From Limnochordia bacterium (lineage in GTDB: Bacteria; Bacillota; Limnochordia; DTU080), in contig JBMNJG010000012.1 of the NCBI GenBank assembly GCA_050951545.1, positions 320,001-384,000 of the forward strand: DNA of 64,000 bases, given 5' to 3'. Positions 42,036-51,843 of this stretch are shown in pieces; position 1 is the first letter of the stretch; each line of letters begins with the position of its first letter. Made by a program: the position numbers and the translations under genes. The notes below the pieces were generated by a model. The model saw only the letters and a list, made by a program, of their open reading frames with translations. It was not told where the DNA came from and ran no database searches.

Positions 42036-42950
42036 ATGCGCCCAAACCTCATGTGGAGACTGGCAGTGACTCTCGCCCTTGTCTCAGCGTGGTTTTTGCT
42101 CGGAGCTGTCGGCTGGGGCCGTGCTGAGGAAGCTCAGCTCAGAGTGACTCCAAGTCAGGTCAGTGTGGCGATTGATCCGTCTCGCGTCTCCTCTCTGGAA
42201 TTGGCGGGCGGACTGCAGGCATATCTCTTGTTTCCGACGGACGCTGAACAGCTCACCCTTGGTTTTTCACTCACCCCACTGATCGACCAAGCAAGTGGCC
42301 GCGCTCTGCCAGCAGACCGACTTCTGGTAGGTGTGGGTGATCTGCAGCCTGTGTCCGCAATGGGCCAACAGCCGGTTCCGTTGTCAGCATCCGGACCCAC
42401 GATAGTTCAGATTGGTGTGCAAGCGGGGGCTTTCGACTCCCCAGGGCTTTACCAAGGGCGGTTGTGCCTAAGCGCAAACGGCGGCAGTGTGGAGGCAGTT
42501 GCGAATGTCGACGTGCAGATCGAGATACTGCCGTGGGCGGCCATTCGTCAGCTCGCACCGTATCCACTGGTAGTAACTTCACAGGACATTCCTGGTCCTG
42601 ATGCCGTGATGAGTAGTGAGGAGCAGTACGTTCTTCTTGTGGCGGGTAATCACCGCTGGCAACTGGTGGTTCAGGCACCTGATGGACTTCAGCCCCAATC
42701 TGGTCCCGCCACGGCACCGCTCGCTGGCCGTTTAGACATGAGAGTCTTCCCGAGCGATTGGGTGCAACCAGTGACAAATGGCTTTGCGAAGCTCACTGAA
42801 GATCCTGCAGTGCTAGCGGTCGGTAAACCGACTGGCGATTGTGCGGACGGCTGGGTAGCGGTGAGCCTTGAGGTGCGTATGCCCTACGGGCGCCACCAAG
42901 CCGCAGGAGCCTACAGCGGAGATCTGACGCTGGCAGTGAGACCGTACTAG
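42036..42950 (+). CDS. secreted two-domain beta-sandwich protein (putative minor pilin/adhesin)
   Basis: Signal peptide; two domains ending in PGLYQGRLCL and AGAYSGDLTL. Confidence 0.6.
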   Translation: MRPNLMWRLAVTLALVSAWFLLGAVGWGRAEEAQLRVTPSQVSVAIDPSRVSSLELAGGLQAYLLFPTDAEQLTLGFSLTPLIDQASGRALPADRLLVGVGDLQPVSAMGQQPVPLSASGPTIVQIGVQAGAFDSPGLYQGRLCLSANGGSVEAVANVDVQIEILPWAAIRQLAPYPLVVTSQDIPGPDAVMSSEEQYVLLVAGNHRWQLVVQAPDGLQPQSGPATAPLAGRLDMRVFPSDWVQPVTNGFAKLTEDPAVLAVGKPTGDCADGWVAVSLEVRMPYGRHQAAGAYSGDLTLAVRPY

Positions 42951-43039
42951 AATCACCAACACAGTGGCACCTCTCACAGCAGACCGCGCGTGGTTGCTGC
43001 GGGTGCAAATAAAACAAGGAAGTACAGGAGGAATCACGG

Positions 43040-43804
43040 ATGAAAAGGCTCTTTCTTGTAGCTCTCGCTCTTTGCTTGGTACTCGCAGCAGTGCCAGCAA
43101 TGGCGGAAAACCTGCTTGACGGCAGGCAGATAACGGTAGGGCCGTGGATTGTCATCGAGACAGAGGGTTACGCAACCGGAGCTCCGCGCTACTTCAACCC
43201 TGGTGAGGCTTGGGGTAACCAGGAAACCCAGGTGAGACTACCGATGAGTGCGCTTATCCCCTGCTACTTGGAGATGCTATTGCAGGGCAATGACGTCAAT
43301 GCCCTTCTTCAGAGCTGGGGTCCGGATGCCAACGCTGACTATGCCCCTGGTAACATGTACCTGGCCTTTCACCCCGAGGTGGGCGGCTACATCCATGCTG
43401 ACTGGAGTCTGTACCCGGATAGCCATGACAACAACTACGAGGCTCCCCTGGGCGACGACTCCTTCATTCGTGGGTGCGATACCTTCAAGACTCAGCTCTG
43501 GTCCAACATGAACTACAAGTACACTGTGTCAGTGAAGGATGGCGGGCTCAAGGGCGGACTCGATGCCAACGCCGTTCTCCCGGTAGACATGCGTGCTGCT
43601 GTGTCCGTCACCGACCCGGGACTGGCTAATGCTGTGTGGGGCGGCACCCATACCTTCCTCGCTGACGGCGACGCAGTCCTGGTCGATGGCGGGAACTTCC
43701 TCCAGTCCAGGGTGATCTACCAGCAGTTCCGAGTACCGTTCAACCGGAGTTTCTCGGCTGGTCATTACACAGGTGAGATCACCTTTACCGCTGCTACGAT
43801 CTAG
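43040..43804 (+). CDS. secreted protein, putative major fimbrial subunit
   Basis: Signal peptide MKRLFLVALALCLVLAAVPAMA; C-terminal AGHYTGEITFT; strong RBS AGGAGG; downstream stem-loop. Confidence 0.6.
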   Translation: MKRLFLVALALCLVLAAVPAMAENLLDGRQITVGPWIVIETEGYATGAPRYFNPGEAWGNQETQVRLPMSALIPCYLEMLLQGNDVNALLQSWGPDANADYAPGNMYLAFHPEVGGYIHADWSLYPDSHDNNYEAPLGDDSFIRGCDTFKTQLWSNMNYKYTVSVKDGGLKGGLDANAVLPVDMRAAVSVTDPGLANAVWGGTHTFLADGDAVLVDGGNFLQSRVIYQQFRVPFNRSFSAGHYTGEITFTAATI

Positions 43805-43825
43805 TTTCGGGAGAGATGCACGACA

Positions 43826-43856
43826 GAGGGGTCGGACGCGCCCGACCCCTTTTCTT
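43826..43856 (+). terminator. intra-operon stem-loop/terminator after the putative major subunit
   Basis: GAGGGGTCGG-loop-CCGACCCCTTTTCTT. Confidence 0.8.
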
Positions 43857-43899
43857 GTAAGAGGCGCTGCTGATACGGACGATCAGGGAGTGAGTGACC

Positions 43900-44721
43900 A
43901 TGAAAAGATGCTGCATGTGGATGGTGGCAGCCATCCTGATGAGTGTGGCTGTGGGCGGCCCAGCACTGGCCGCCGGGTACCAGCCTATAAAGGTGGAGCC
44001 TTCTCGATTCGTCTTTGAAGGAAAGCCTGGGGAGCAGATAACGGGCTCCATCGTAGTGCGCAACACAGGTCAGGAACCAGCCACTCCTCAGGCGCTTCTG
44101 AGCGATTGGACTCTTGATGAGGGCAACAGACTGGTTGTCCTGGAAGCTGGTAGTCTCGATTCGTCACTGGAGGGGTGGATCAAGTTTAACCCGCGCAGGT
44201 TTCAGATGCAGCCTAACGCGGCTCAGACCGTGCGCTTCACCGTCAAGATACCTCATGACGCTCAGCCCGGTGAACGCCGCGGCATGATCGCCTTTGAGCA
44301 GATCGTCCCCTACGACGAAGGCGGAGTTGGAGCCACAGCTCGGGTACAGGTAACGAGTACGATCTACGTAGCCGTGCTACCCATAGAACGACATATCGAC
44401 ATCATCGGTCTTCACATACAGCCAAACGAAGACACCCGGACCTCAACGTTGGTGCTTCAGGTCAAGGGGACGGGTACTGGTCATTACCGCGGCGTGGGTC
44501 GCTTCCAGATTCTGCCCGATGGTGATGAGACACCTCTTGCCTCAGGAGATCTGGAACCACTTGTCGTCATGCCAGGTGTGGCGAGTCGCTTTGGTGGTAG
44601 CGTCGAGTATGTGTTAGAGCCGGGCCGCTATCGCCTCGCTGTTGAGATCATCTCTGAGGAAGCAGGTAGTCTACCTCTTCACAGGATCTATGCTTTCGAA
44701 GTGCCCACGACCGAAGTCTAA
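43900..44721 (+). CDS. PapD-like/DUF916-like periplasmic pilus chaperone
   Basis: Signal peptide; IKVEPSRF..VRNTG..WIKFNPRRF....QTVRF..P....GERRGMIAFE; second Ig domain V.GTG..HYR..LVVMPG. Confidence 0.68.
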   Translation: MKRCCMWMVAAILMSVAVGGPALAAGYQPIKVEPSRFVFEGKPGEQITGSIVVRNTGQEPATPQALLSDWTLDEGNRLVVLEAGSLDSSLEGWIKFNPRRFQMQPNAAQTVRFTVKIPHDAQPGERRGMIAFEQIVPYDEGGVGATARVQVTSTIYVAVLPIERHIDIIGLHIQPNEDTRTSTLVLQVKGTGTGHYRGVGRFQILPDGDETPLASGDLEPLVVMPGVASRFGGSVEYVLEPGRYRLAVEIISEEAGSLPLHRIYAFEVPTTEV

Positions 44722-44738
44722 GCTGGAGGAGTCTCGCC

Positions 44739-47732
44739 ATGCGCTTTTTTCGCTCCACCGGGATCCTCATCACCATGTGCCTTGTGTGGCTCATGGCATG
44801 GAGCAATGAGCCAGCAAGGGCCTCGTTATCCGAGATGGATACCAGTGTGGTTCGATTGGATATCAACGACCGCAAGTTCAGTGAGGATTTTGAGTTGTAC
44901 GACGATGGAGAGACGGTCCTTCTTCCCCTTAGCCAGGTTGGACAGCTCTTGGACGCGAAGGTGAACCTAGATCCAGTGCTGATGGCCGCCACCGTTGTTC
45001 GCCCCTGGGATGGGCTAGAGGGGCTCGTTGACCTTCAGCGCCAGGTCTGCTTCTGGGGAGAAGAGCAGCTCGTCATGTCACCTCATGCTGAGCTTGGGCC
45101 AGGCGATTTCTACGTGCCGCTACCGATCGTGGAACGGCTTATGGACGTACAGGCAGTATGGAAGCCCGAGACACAGGTGCTGCGGATCACCGTAGGTCGT
45201 CAACTCAGCAAGCTACGGCCAGCAGCAGGCACACCGAGTGACTCCGTAGTAACCAGCGAAGAGTTTGAGCCCTCACCCACTCGTACGCCGCCCATGGTCA
45301 GCTTGGGGGCGATCCAATACGTGCTCAGGCATGAGTTGACCGTGCAAGGGTCTGAAGAGCATAGGCAGGATAGCCTGGCCTTGTCCGCACACTGGCAAGC
45401 GGCGGGCATTCCGGTGGATATCGCAGTCAGTGCAACCGATGTCCTGTCACCGCACCCGAGGTGGGAGCTCAAGCGCGCGACGGCCACCTACCTCTCTCCT
45501 GACGTGGAGGTGGTTGCTGGCGACACGAGTCTGAGCCTGGGTAGGGTGCTGCAGAGCAAGGAGATTCGTGGCCTGCGACTGGCAGCGCCTCCCGGTTGGA
45601 CATCTGGTGTTTTGCATGCGGTCACGACGATCGAAGGGTGGGTCGCCGACGGTTCCGAGGTCGAACTCCGCGTCAACGGAGCCTACTTTGGCAAGCAAGT
45701 GGCGACAGACGGGTATTACGCCTTCAGACATGTGCCTCTGCAGATCACCAGAGCAAACCGTCTGGAGATTGTGGTCATTGAGACGAGCGGCTTGCGCCGA
45801 GTGGAGACGCGTGTTCTAACGGCGACGCCGCGCCTTCTATCTGCGGGGAAGCTGCAGGCCTCAGCGGGTGGAGGTTGGGTGAGATCCGAGAAGACTGGGG
45901 AGTGGGATTCGGCAGTGATGGGCGCATCTGCCTATACGGGTGTCACCTCGTGGCTTACAGTGGGTGGCGAACTAGCCCGGCAGGTAATTCTCGATGGCAG
46001 CCAAGATCATCCGGATCATCTGGCAGGTGCCATAGGACTCGCCCTGCGGGCCAGCGACGGCCTAGTCTTTGCTCTGGACTGGTTGGCCAGTCAACCACAG
46101 GGAGCAGTCGGTGCGCCCGCACAGGGAGCTGAGTTGACTGCTAGCCTGCGCATGGGACGTACATCGTGGCAGAGCATGATCTTCTACCGAGAGCCAGACC
46201 TGTACCTGTTTTCACCGGGTGCGCCAGATACGCAAGGTTTTCGGGTGGTCGGCGAGTACAACATCAACCGCGCCTGGAGTCTGCAAGGGTCCTATGAACT
46301 AGCCACTTCGGTCAGCGACTCATCTCGGTCTCCAAGAACCAGGGTTGGTGGCGTGCTGCAATGGACTCCTTCGCTTGATCGCTCCGTGGTGCTTCGCCTG
46401 AATCACGTCCCTAGAGATAGAGACAGGGTTTCCTTGACGCACCGCTACAGCAATGTACAAAAGGGTACTGAACTGAAGTCTGAGTCAGAGGCGACGTGGG
46501 TGGAACGTCCCCAGGCGTCGCCTGTTTTGACCAATGTCAGTGCCCGCTTAGAGTTCGACCAGGCTCTAGACAGCGCAAGCTACCTGGGCCTACGCTACAG
46601 GGGGGTGGCAGATTGGCCTCTAGGCGGTGATCTTTCCCGGCGTGGCTTCGCACTGCTCACGAACACGGTCCAGGTCGACGCCACATGGATGCCAGGAACG
46701 TGGCACGTGTATGGAGCAGTGCAGATGACCGACGCTCGCGATACGAGCGGAGGAACGCCACCCTTCTACGAAAGCGGAGCTGTTCTCAGTATTTCGAGAA
46801 TCACCGGGGTGTGGGTCAGCGGTATGGCAAGCGAACTCATACACATGCGCCGCAACAGCACTCCTTTGGGTTCCATAGTCAACGGAGTCTATGTGGGAGC
46901 AAGACCCGAGCCCAAGGCTTTGGTCCTACTGAAGCTGGAGCACACTCAGCCTCTGTGGAGCGGCGTCTTTAGGGAGAGCATGGGCATCTCGCTGAGCGCT
47001 GATGGACAACTGAGAAATGGCTTCCATCTCAGTGCGTTGGGGCGTGTCACAGTAACGCATGCGCAGCCTGAATATTACCTTGGCGTCACACTTAGTCAGG
47101 GCATCGGCTTTTCCGAGGGAGGTGTCCGCGGTTTTCGGGTTGTTGACGGTCGGCCCCTTGGATACGTCACAGGCACCGTGTACATTGATGCCAATCGCAA
47201 CGGTCGGCGGGATGCGGGTGAGAAGACTGTGGCTGGGGCTCCAATCGCCTTGGCTGGTCGGCGTACCGTCACCGATCGCGACGGCAGGTACTGCTTTGAG
47301 TTTGTCAATCCGGGCACGTACCGGCTAGGGCTCGACCCTAACAAGCTGTCCGCTGACTACACCCCGTACAGCGACCCCGTGGTTATCCGCCTGCCCGCCA
47401 ACGCGAATCTAAGCCAAGATTTCGGCGTTACTTTGAACGGCACTGTGGAGGGCACGGTCTTCGTGGACCTCAATGGCGATGGCCTGTGGCAACCCGAAGA
47501 ACCTCGGCCAGCATGGGTCAAGGTGGCTCTGAATGGAACTATCGAGGCGTTCACGGATAGCCGGGGCAACTTCACCCTGAGCAACGTGAATCTCGGCACG
47601 TACCAATTGGCGGTCCCTGAGTCAAGTCTTCCTCCTGGAACTATAGCCCCTGCACCTATCGACATTAAGATCACGGAGGATAACCTGGATGTGTGGGGTA
47701 TACGAGTGCCGCTGACGCTTATGGGCAACTAG
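44739..47732 (+). CDS. large secreted usher-like outer-membrane protein with C-terminal SdrD-B/carboxypeptidase-regulatory-like domains
   Basis: Signal peptide; N-terminal small domains; GSEVELRVNG..DGYYAF..VPL..NRLEIVV..SG; long amphipathic beta-strand region; two GTVYID.N.NG..D.GE repeats. Confidence 0.65.
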   Translation: MRFFRSTGILITMCLVWLMAWSNEPARASLSEMDTSVVRLDINDRKFSEDFELYDDGETVLLPLSQVGQLLDAKVNLDPVLMAATVVRPWDGLEGLVDLQRQVCFWGEEQLVMSPHAELGPGDFYVPLPIVERLMDVQAVWKPETQVLRITVGRQLSKLRPAAGTPSDSVVTSEEFEPSPTRTPPMVSLGAIQYVLRHELTVQGSEEHRQDSLALSAHWQAAGIPVDIAVSATDVLSPHPRWELKRATATYLSPDVEVVAGDTSLSLGRVLQSKEIRGLRLAAPPGWTSGVLHAVTTIEGWVADGSEVELRVNGAYFGKQVATDGYYAFRHVPLQITRANRLEIVVIETSGLRRVETRVLTATPRLLSAGKLQASAGGGWVRSEKTGEWDSAVMGASAYTGVTSWLTVGGELARQVILDGSQDHPDHLAGAIGLALRASDGLVFALDWLASQPQGAVGAPAQGAELTASLRMGRTSWQSMIFYREPDLYLFSPGAPDTQGFRVVGEYNINRAWSLQGSYELATSVSDSSRSPRTRVGGVLQWTPSLDRSVVLRLNHVPRDRDRVSLTHRYSNVQKGTELKSESEATWVERPQASPVLTNVSARLEFDQALDSASYLGLRYRGVADWPLGGDLSRRGFALLTNTVQVDATWMPGTWHVYGAVQMTDARDTSGGTPPFYESGAVLSISRITGVWVSGMASELIHMRRNSTPLGSIVNGVYVGARPEPKALVLLKLEHTQPLWSGVFRESMGISLSADGQLRNGFHLSALGRVTVTHAQPEYYLGVTLSQGIGFSEGGVRGFRVVDGRPLGYVTGTVYIDANRNGRRDAGEKTVAGAPIALAGRRTVTDRDGRYCFEFVNPGTYRLGLDPNKLSADYTPYSDPVVIRLPANANLSQDFGVTLNGTVEGTVFVDLNGDGLWQPEEPRPAWVKVALNGTIEAFTDSRGNFTLSNVNLGTYQLAVPESSLPPGTIAPAPIDIKITEDNLDVWGIRVPLTLMGN

Positions 47733-47795
47733 GGCGCGCAGGCGCGGCCATTAGCTAGTGAACTGTGACGGGTAAGTAGTCTGTAGCGTGGTATG

Positions 47796-47821
47796 AAAAA
47801 GGGCGCCGACTTCGGCGCCTT
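47796..47821 (-). terminator. terminator of the 6S RNA (possibly bidirectional)
   Basis: AAGGCGCCGA-AG-TCGGCGCCC-TTTTT. Confidence 0.85.
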
Positions 47822-47830
47822 AAGATTAGA

Positions 47831-48004
47831 GACCGCCCTGCCGCTGCCCGTTCGATTTTCGAGAACCATCCCCCAAAGGTGGTTGTCCGCACAGCTGCTT
47901 TCAACGTCCAGGTGTGTATCCCGGCGTGTTGGCCACAACCGTATTGGATTCCCGAAATCACGCGATAGGTTCTGAAATGCGTGGGGCTGGCGCACAGCGC
48001 AGTC
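47831..48004 (-). ncRNA. ssrS: 6S RNA
   Basis: About 175-nt rod: 5' GACTGCGCTG pairs with 3' CAGGGCGGTC; internal AGAACC/GGTTCT and ACCACC elements typical of Firmicutes 6S; own promoter and terminator. Confidence 0.8.
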
Positions 48005-48013
48005 AGCATCATC

Positions 48014-48042
48014 ATCATACCCTTTGGAGGGCCGTTCTGCAA
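48014..48042 (-). promoter_or_regulatory. sigma-A promoter of the 6S RNA
   Basis: TTGCAG-17 bp-TATGAT. Confidence 0.7.
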
Positions 48043-48136
48043 GTCTAGATGCTGCCATCCCTGCCTTTTCTCCTAGACGGCTCGGGCCTGGTGCATTACC
48101 ATAAACACATGCACCCCGCTTATGGAGGTTTGATCT

Positions 48137-48772
48137 ATGGCCGTACACGTACGTACCTTCGTCGTCGGACCGATCGAGACCAACTGCTATCTGGTGATAG
48201 ACGATCGGAGCCAAAACGCTGTGGTTGTCGACCCGGGAGATACGTGCGCCACTCTTGAGGCGGCACTGGGCGAGGTGACCCTGACAGACATTCTGCTTAC
48301 ACATACCCACTTTGATCACATAGGCGGTGTCAATCGCCTGGTCGAGCTCACGGGTGCTCGGGTGTGGGCCCATAGGCTTGAGGCCGATTGGCTAGGCGAT
48401 CCCACACGCAACCTTTCAGCGGCTATGGAGGAGTACACCCCTTTGGTGCGCGTTCCTCGTCCCTCGGTTGTCCTCTGCGGTGGCGAGGAAACCCACCTAG
48501 TGGGACAGAGTCTACGAGTCGCGCATGCGCCGGGGCATACTCCTGGTCATGTCATCTATGTGCTCGGCGATATTGCCTTCGTGGGTGATGTTATCTTTCG
48601 CGGCTCTGTGGGGCGTACCGATTTCCCTGGCGGTGATAGCCAGACCCTTCTAGAGAGCATCGAAAGCCAAGTGCTGACGTTGCCCGCCCAGACTCGCTTG
48701 CTGCCTGGTCACGGCCCCACCACAACAGTAGGTAACGAACGCCAGCACAACCCGTTCGTGGCTGCCCGTTAA
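48137..48772 (+). CDS. MBL-fold metallo-hydrolase (glyoxalase II-like)
   Basis: TNCY, THTHFDHIGG, PGHTPG, GDVIF.GSVGRTD, PGHGP. Confidence 0.93.
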   Translation: MAVHVRTFVVGPIETNCYLVIDDRSQNAVVVDPGDTCATLEAALGEVTLTDILLTHTHFDHIGGVNRLVELTGARVWAHRLEADWLGDPTRNLSAAMEEYTPLVRVPRPSVVLCGGEETHLVGQSLRVAHAPGHTPGHVIYVLGDIAFVGDVIFRGSVGRTDFPGGDSQTLLESIESQVLTLPAQTRLLPGHGPTTTVGNERQHNPFVAAR

Positions 48773-48782
48773 GGGGATACTG

Positions 48783-49856
48783 CTATGCCAAGAGCTCCTT
48801 CAGTACCGTGCGATCAAGTTTCTTGATCACCGCGACCACCAAGCGTACGGTGTTCTCGAAATCGTCACGGTGAATTACAGATGCCGCTGAGTGAATGTAA
48901 CGGGTCGGAAAACCGATCACCACAGAGGGCACACCGCGCCCGTGAAGGTGGATACGGCCTGCATCCGTGCCGCCACCAGCTAGAGCCTCGAACTGAATCG
49001 GTATTCCTTCCTCTTTGGCAGTATCAATGAACAGGTTGCGCAAGCCCACATGAGGTACCATGCTGGCATCATACAGGAGGATGGCTGGGCCCTGTCCCAG
49101 CTTGGATTGGGCCTCGTGTTTCCCTATTCCGGGGGTGTCACCTGCAATGCAGACGTCGAGAGCGATACCGATGTCTGGCTGCACGGCATGGGCACTGGTC
49201 ATGGCGCCGCGCAGCCCAACCTCCTCTTGTACGGTCATCACCCCAAACACGGTATTGGGGTGTTGCTCTCCCTGCAGCGCCCGCAGAACCTCTACCACAG
49301 TTGCACATCCAATACGATTGTCCCAGGCCTTGGCCATCAGATAGCGATCATTGGCCATCACCGTGAACGGACAGACTGGTACGATCGGGTCGCCAGGTGT
49401 CACGCCCTTGGCCTCGGCCTCTGCTTTGTCCCTGACACCGATGTCAATGAACATGTTTTTCTTTTCGACAGGTTTGCGACGCTCATCGCCAGAGAGCACA
49501 TGCGGCGGTTTGGAGCCAATGATGCCAGGAATATCGCCTTGGCGCGTCTTGACCACTACTCGTTGGGCCAGCATGACTTGCTCCCACCAGCCGCCCAGGG
49601 TCTGAAAGCGCAAGAACCCCTCATCGGTAATCGAGCTAACGAGGAAGCCTATCTCATCCATGTGCCCAGCGATCATCACTCGTGGTCCCGCTGAGTCACA
49701 GCTCTTTTTGGCGATGAGACTACCTAGGTTATCCTTTTCCACCGTCTCCGCGACAGGTAGGAGCAGTCGCTTCAGAACAGCACTCGCTTCCCCTTCGAAT
49801 CCAGGAAGACCCGCAGCCTCTGTCAGCTCGCGTAGCATCTCCAACTGTGCATCCAC
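48783..49856 (-). CDS. M42 family aminopeptidase
   Basis: [35 protein letters not shown]. Confidence 0.94.
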   Translation of the reverse strand: MDAQLEMLRELTEAAGLPGFEGEASAVLKRLLLPVAETVEKDNLGSLIAKKSCDSAGPRVMIAGHMDEIGFLVSSITDEGFLRFQTLGGWWEQVMLAQRVVVKTRQGDIPGIIGSKPPHVLSGDERRKPVEKKNMFIDIGVRDKAEAEAKGVTPGDPIVPVCPFTVMANDRYLMAKAWDNRIGCATVVEVLRALQGEQHPNTVFGVMTVQEEVGLRGAMTSAHAVQPDIGIALDVCIAGDTPGIGKHEAQSKLGQGPAILLYDASMVPHVGLRNLFIDTAKEEGIPIQFEALAGGGTDAGRIHLHGRGVPSVVIGFPTRYIHSAASVIHRDDFENTVRLVVAVIKKLDRTVLKELLA

Positions 49857-49894
49857 CGTACCCACTCCCTCTGCAAAATCCTTCTACCCTACAT

Positions 49895-49915
49895 CATCGA
49901 CATGAGTGACTCTCA
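49895..49915. repeat. degenerate repeat family B copy
   Basis: CATCGACATGAGTGACTCTCA, preceded by CCTTCTAC like copy 1. Confidence 0.55.
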
Positions 49916-49950
49916 CTTCCATGGTTCGTGGGGGTAGCCCGCCCGTGCGC

Positions 49951-50649
49951 TTACTTCTTCAGGAGTTCTTTGACGTCGCATCTGCGCCAATCTGCATATC
50001 CTAGAAGAAGCCCAAGATGAGAGGCCACTCGGTCTGCTACCTCACACTCCGGAGGGGGCACCATCCCCAGTTCTGTGAGCGATGTTACCTCGCCTCCCAC
50101 AATCCCGCACGGCACGATGTCTCGCATGGCACTTAGCGAATTCCGTAGGTTTAAGGCAAAGCCGTGCATCGTCACGCGTCGCACGATCTTGATCCCTATA
50201 CTGGCGATCTTCGCTTGTCCCACCCAGATGCCTGTCTGCGTGGCATGGCGCTCCCCTGCCACCCCAAGGTCCCTGAGCACACAAAGGATGGCTTCCTCGA
50301 GAAGACGGACATACCTGTGTACATCGTACTGAAGCAAGACCAGGTCTACGATACCGTAACCCACGAGTTGTCCCGGACCATGGTAGGTGATGCTGCCTCC
50401 CCGATCGGACTGGAATAATCGAGCCCCGTGTCGCTGCAGAGTCTCTGCCGAAGGAAGATGCTCAGGCAGCGTGCGTGTGCCAGTCGTATAGACGGGGGGA
50501 TGCGTGAGCAGTACAAGGCAATCTCCCACACGCTTCTCAGCGCGGGCGCGAGCTAGGCTCAGCTGCCATCGATAGGCGGTCTCGTAATCCATGCAGCCCG
50601 CCCAGCAGTAGTGCAGGGCTTCTCGATCTGTGGACGCCTGGCTACTCAT
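49951..50649 (-). CDS. lipB: lipoyl(octanoyl) transferase
   Basis: HPPVYTTG, DRGGSITYHGPGQLVGY, KIASIG, HGFALN, IVPCG; TGATG overlap with E2. Confidence 0.93.
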   Translation of the reverse strand: MSSQASTDREALHYCWAGCMDYETAYRWQLSLARARAEKRVGDCLVLLTHPPVYTTGTRTLPEHLPSAETLQRHGARLFQSDRGGSITYHGPGQLVGYGIVDLVLLQYDVHRYVRLLEEAILCVLRDLGVAGERHATQTGIWVGQAKIASIGIKIVRRVTMHGFALNLRNSLSAMRDIVPCGIVGGEVTSLTELGMVPPPECEVADRVASHLGLLLGYADWRRCDVKELLKK

Positions 50650-51818
50650 CAGTAGATGGGAGTTGTGTCGTCGTAGGATTCTAGCCTGTGACGCACCGAG
50701 CGAAGAAAGCGTCCGATAACAGCGCCATCCAGAACGCGATGATCTAGCGAGACGCACAGGTTGACCATGCTGCGAATGGCGATGCCTTCGCCGACCACGA
50801 CAGGCCGACGGTTAATCGTTTCCATGCTGAGAATGGCTGCCTGCGGGTAATTGATGATCGGCGCCGACATCACCGAGCCAAAGGCACCCGTGTTGTTGAT
50901 CGTGAACGTGCCGTCCTGAACGTCGTCCGGACGCAGAGTACCAGCCCTGGCACGAGTGGCTAGATCGTGTACCGCCCAGGCCAGACCCACGATACTCTTC
51001 TGATCTGCGTCTTTGATGACTGGTACAATCAGCCCGTCCTCCAGATCGACGGCGATACCGATGTTGATGTGCCGCTTGACCACAATGCGGTCCTCGTGCC
51101 ACTGTGAGTTCAGAATGGGATACTCTCGCAGGCCCTCGACGGCTGCCTTGATCACAAAGGCCAGATAGGTAAGGTTAAACCCGTGCCGCTGGCGGAAACC
51201 CTCCTTTATGGACTCTCTGAGACGTGTGAGAGGAGTGACATCTACCTCTACCATCGTCCAGGCGTGAGGCACAGTGCGCTTGCTCTCGATCATCCGCTCA
51301 GCGATGGCTCGTCGCATGCGGGTCAGGGGTACTACGGCGTCGCCGTCCTCTCTAGGAATCTCTCCTCTAAGAGCTCGACGCTCGATCTCCGCTTCCATAT
51401 CTCGTCGGGTGACACGTCCCTCTGCGCCACTTCCGATGAGCGACGCAGGTTCGATGCCACTCTCCGTCGCCAGATGCCGGACCGCTGGCGTGTATGTATG
51501 GGGCCGACGCGTTTCTGAAGGGGGCTCCTCCTGAACGGGTTCGTCTGGGAGAATAGCCTCTTCTGGTATCTGATCGCGGTCGTCGCTGCTCAGCAGAGCG
51601 ATGGGCGCTCCGACTTTGACAGTCTGGCCCTCTTCGGCGAGTAAAGCCTGGACCACACCAGCGACTGGCGATGGTATCTGTGCATTCACCTTGTCGGTGT
51701 CAATCTCTACCAGGGGTTCGTCTAGCTCTACACTCTCGCCCACGGCTTTTAGCCAGCGGCCAATCACCCCCTCTACGACACTCTCTCCCAGCTTCGGCAT
51801 GGTGATCTCTGTGGTCAT
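50649..51818 (-). CDS. bkdB: 2-oxoacid dehydrogenase E2 (branched-chain type)
   Basis: Lipoyl domain MPKLGESV..TDKV, E3-binding TPAVR, catalytic DHRVLDG. Confidence 0.9.
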   Translation of the reverse strand: MTTEITMPKLGESVVEGVIGRWLKAVGESVELDEPLVEIDTDKVNAQIPSPVAGVVQALLAEEGQTVKVGAPIALLSSDDRDQIPEEAILPDEPVQEEPPSETRRPHTYTPAVRHLATESGIEPASLIGSGAEGRVTRRDMEAEIERRALRGEIPREDGDAVVPLTRMRRAIAERMIESKRTVPHAWTMVEVDVTPLTRLRESIKEGFRQRHGFNLTYLAFVIKAAVEGLREYPILNSQWHEDRIVVKRHINIGIAVDLEDGLIVPVIKDADQKSIVGLAWAVHDLATRARAGTLRPDDVQDGTFTINNTGAFGSVMSAPIINYPQAAILSMETINRRPVVVGEGIAIRSMVNLCVSLDHRVLDGAVIGRFLRSVRHRLESYDDTTPIY

Positions 51819-51843
51819 GTGTCACATTCACCTCCCGACATGG

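Noticed and set aside
42036-47732. Classical WxL (csc) or sortase pilus cluster
   Set aside because: No terminal WxL motif, LPxTG, sortase or C-terminal TM anchor; the large protein looks beta-barrel-like. It remains an alternative until structures are modelled
47729-48373. 214-aa minus-strand ORF
   Set aside because: It overlaps the MBL hydrolase antisense and the 6S RNA with its promoter and terminator; no recognisable motifs
49050-49694. Long antisense ORFs (this one, 25649-26302, 39180-39725, 56149-56685 and many shorter ones)
   Set aside because: Shadow ORFs opposite well-supported genes in GC-rich DNA, with no recognisable motifs
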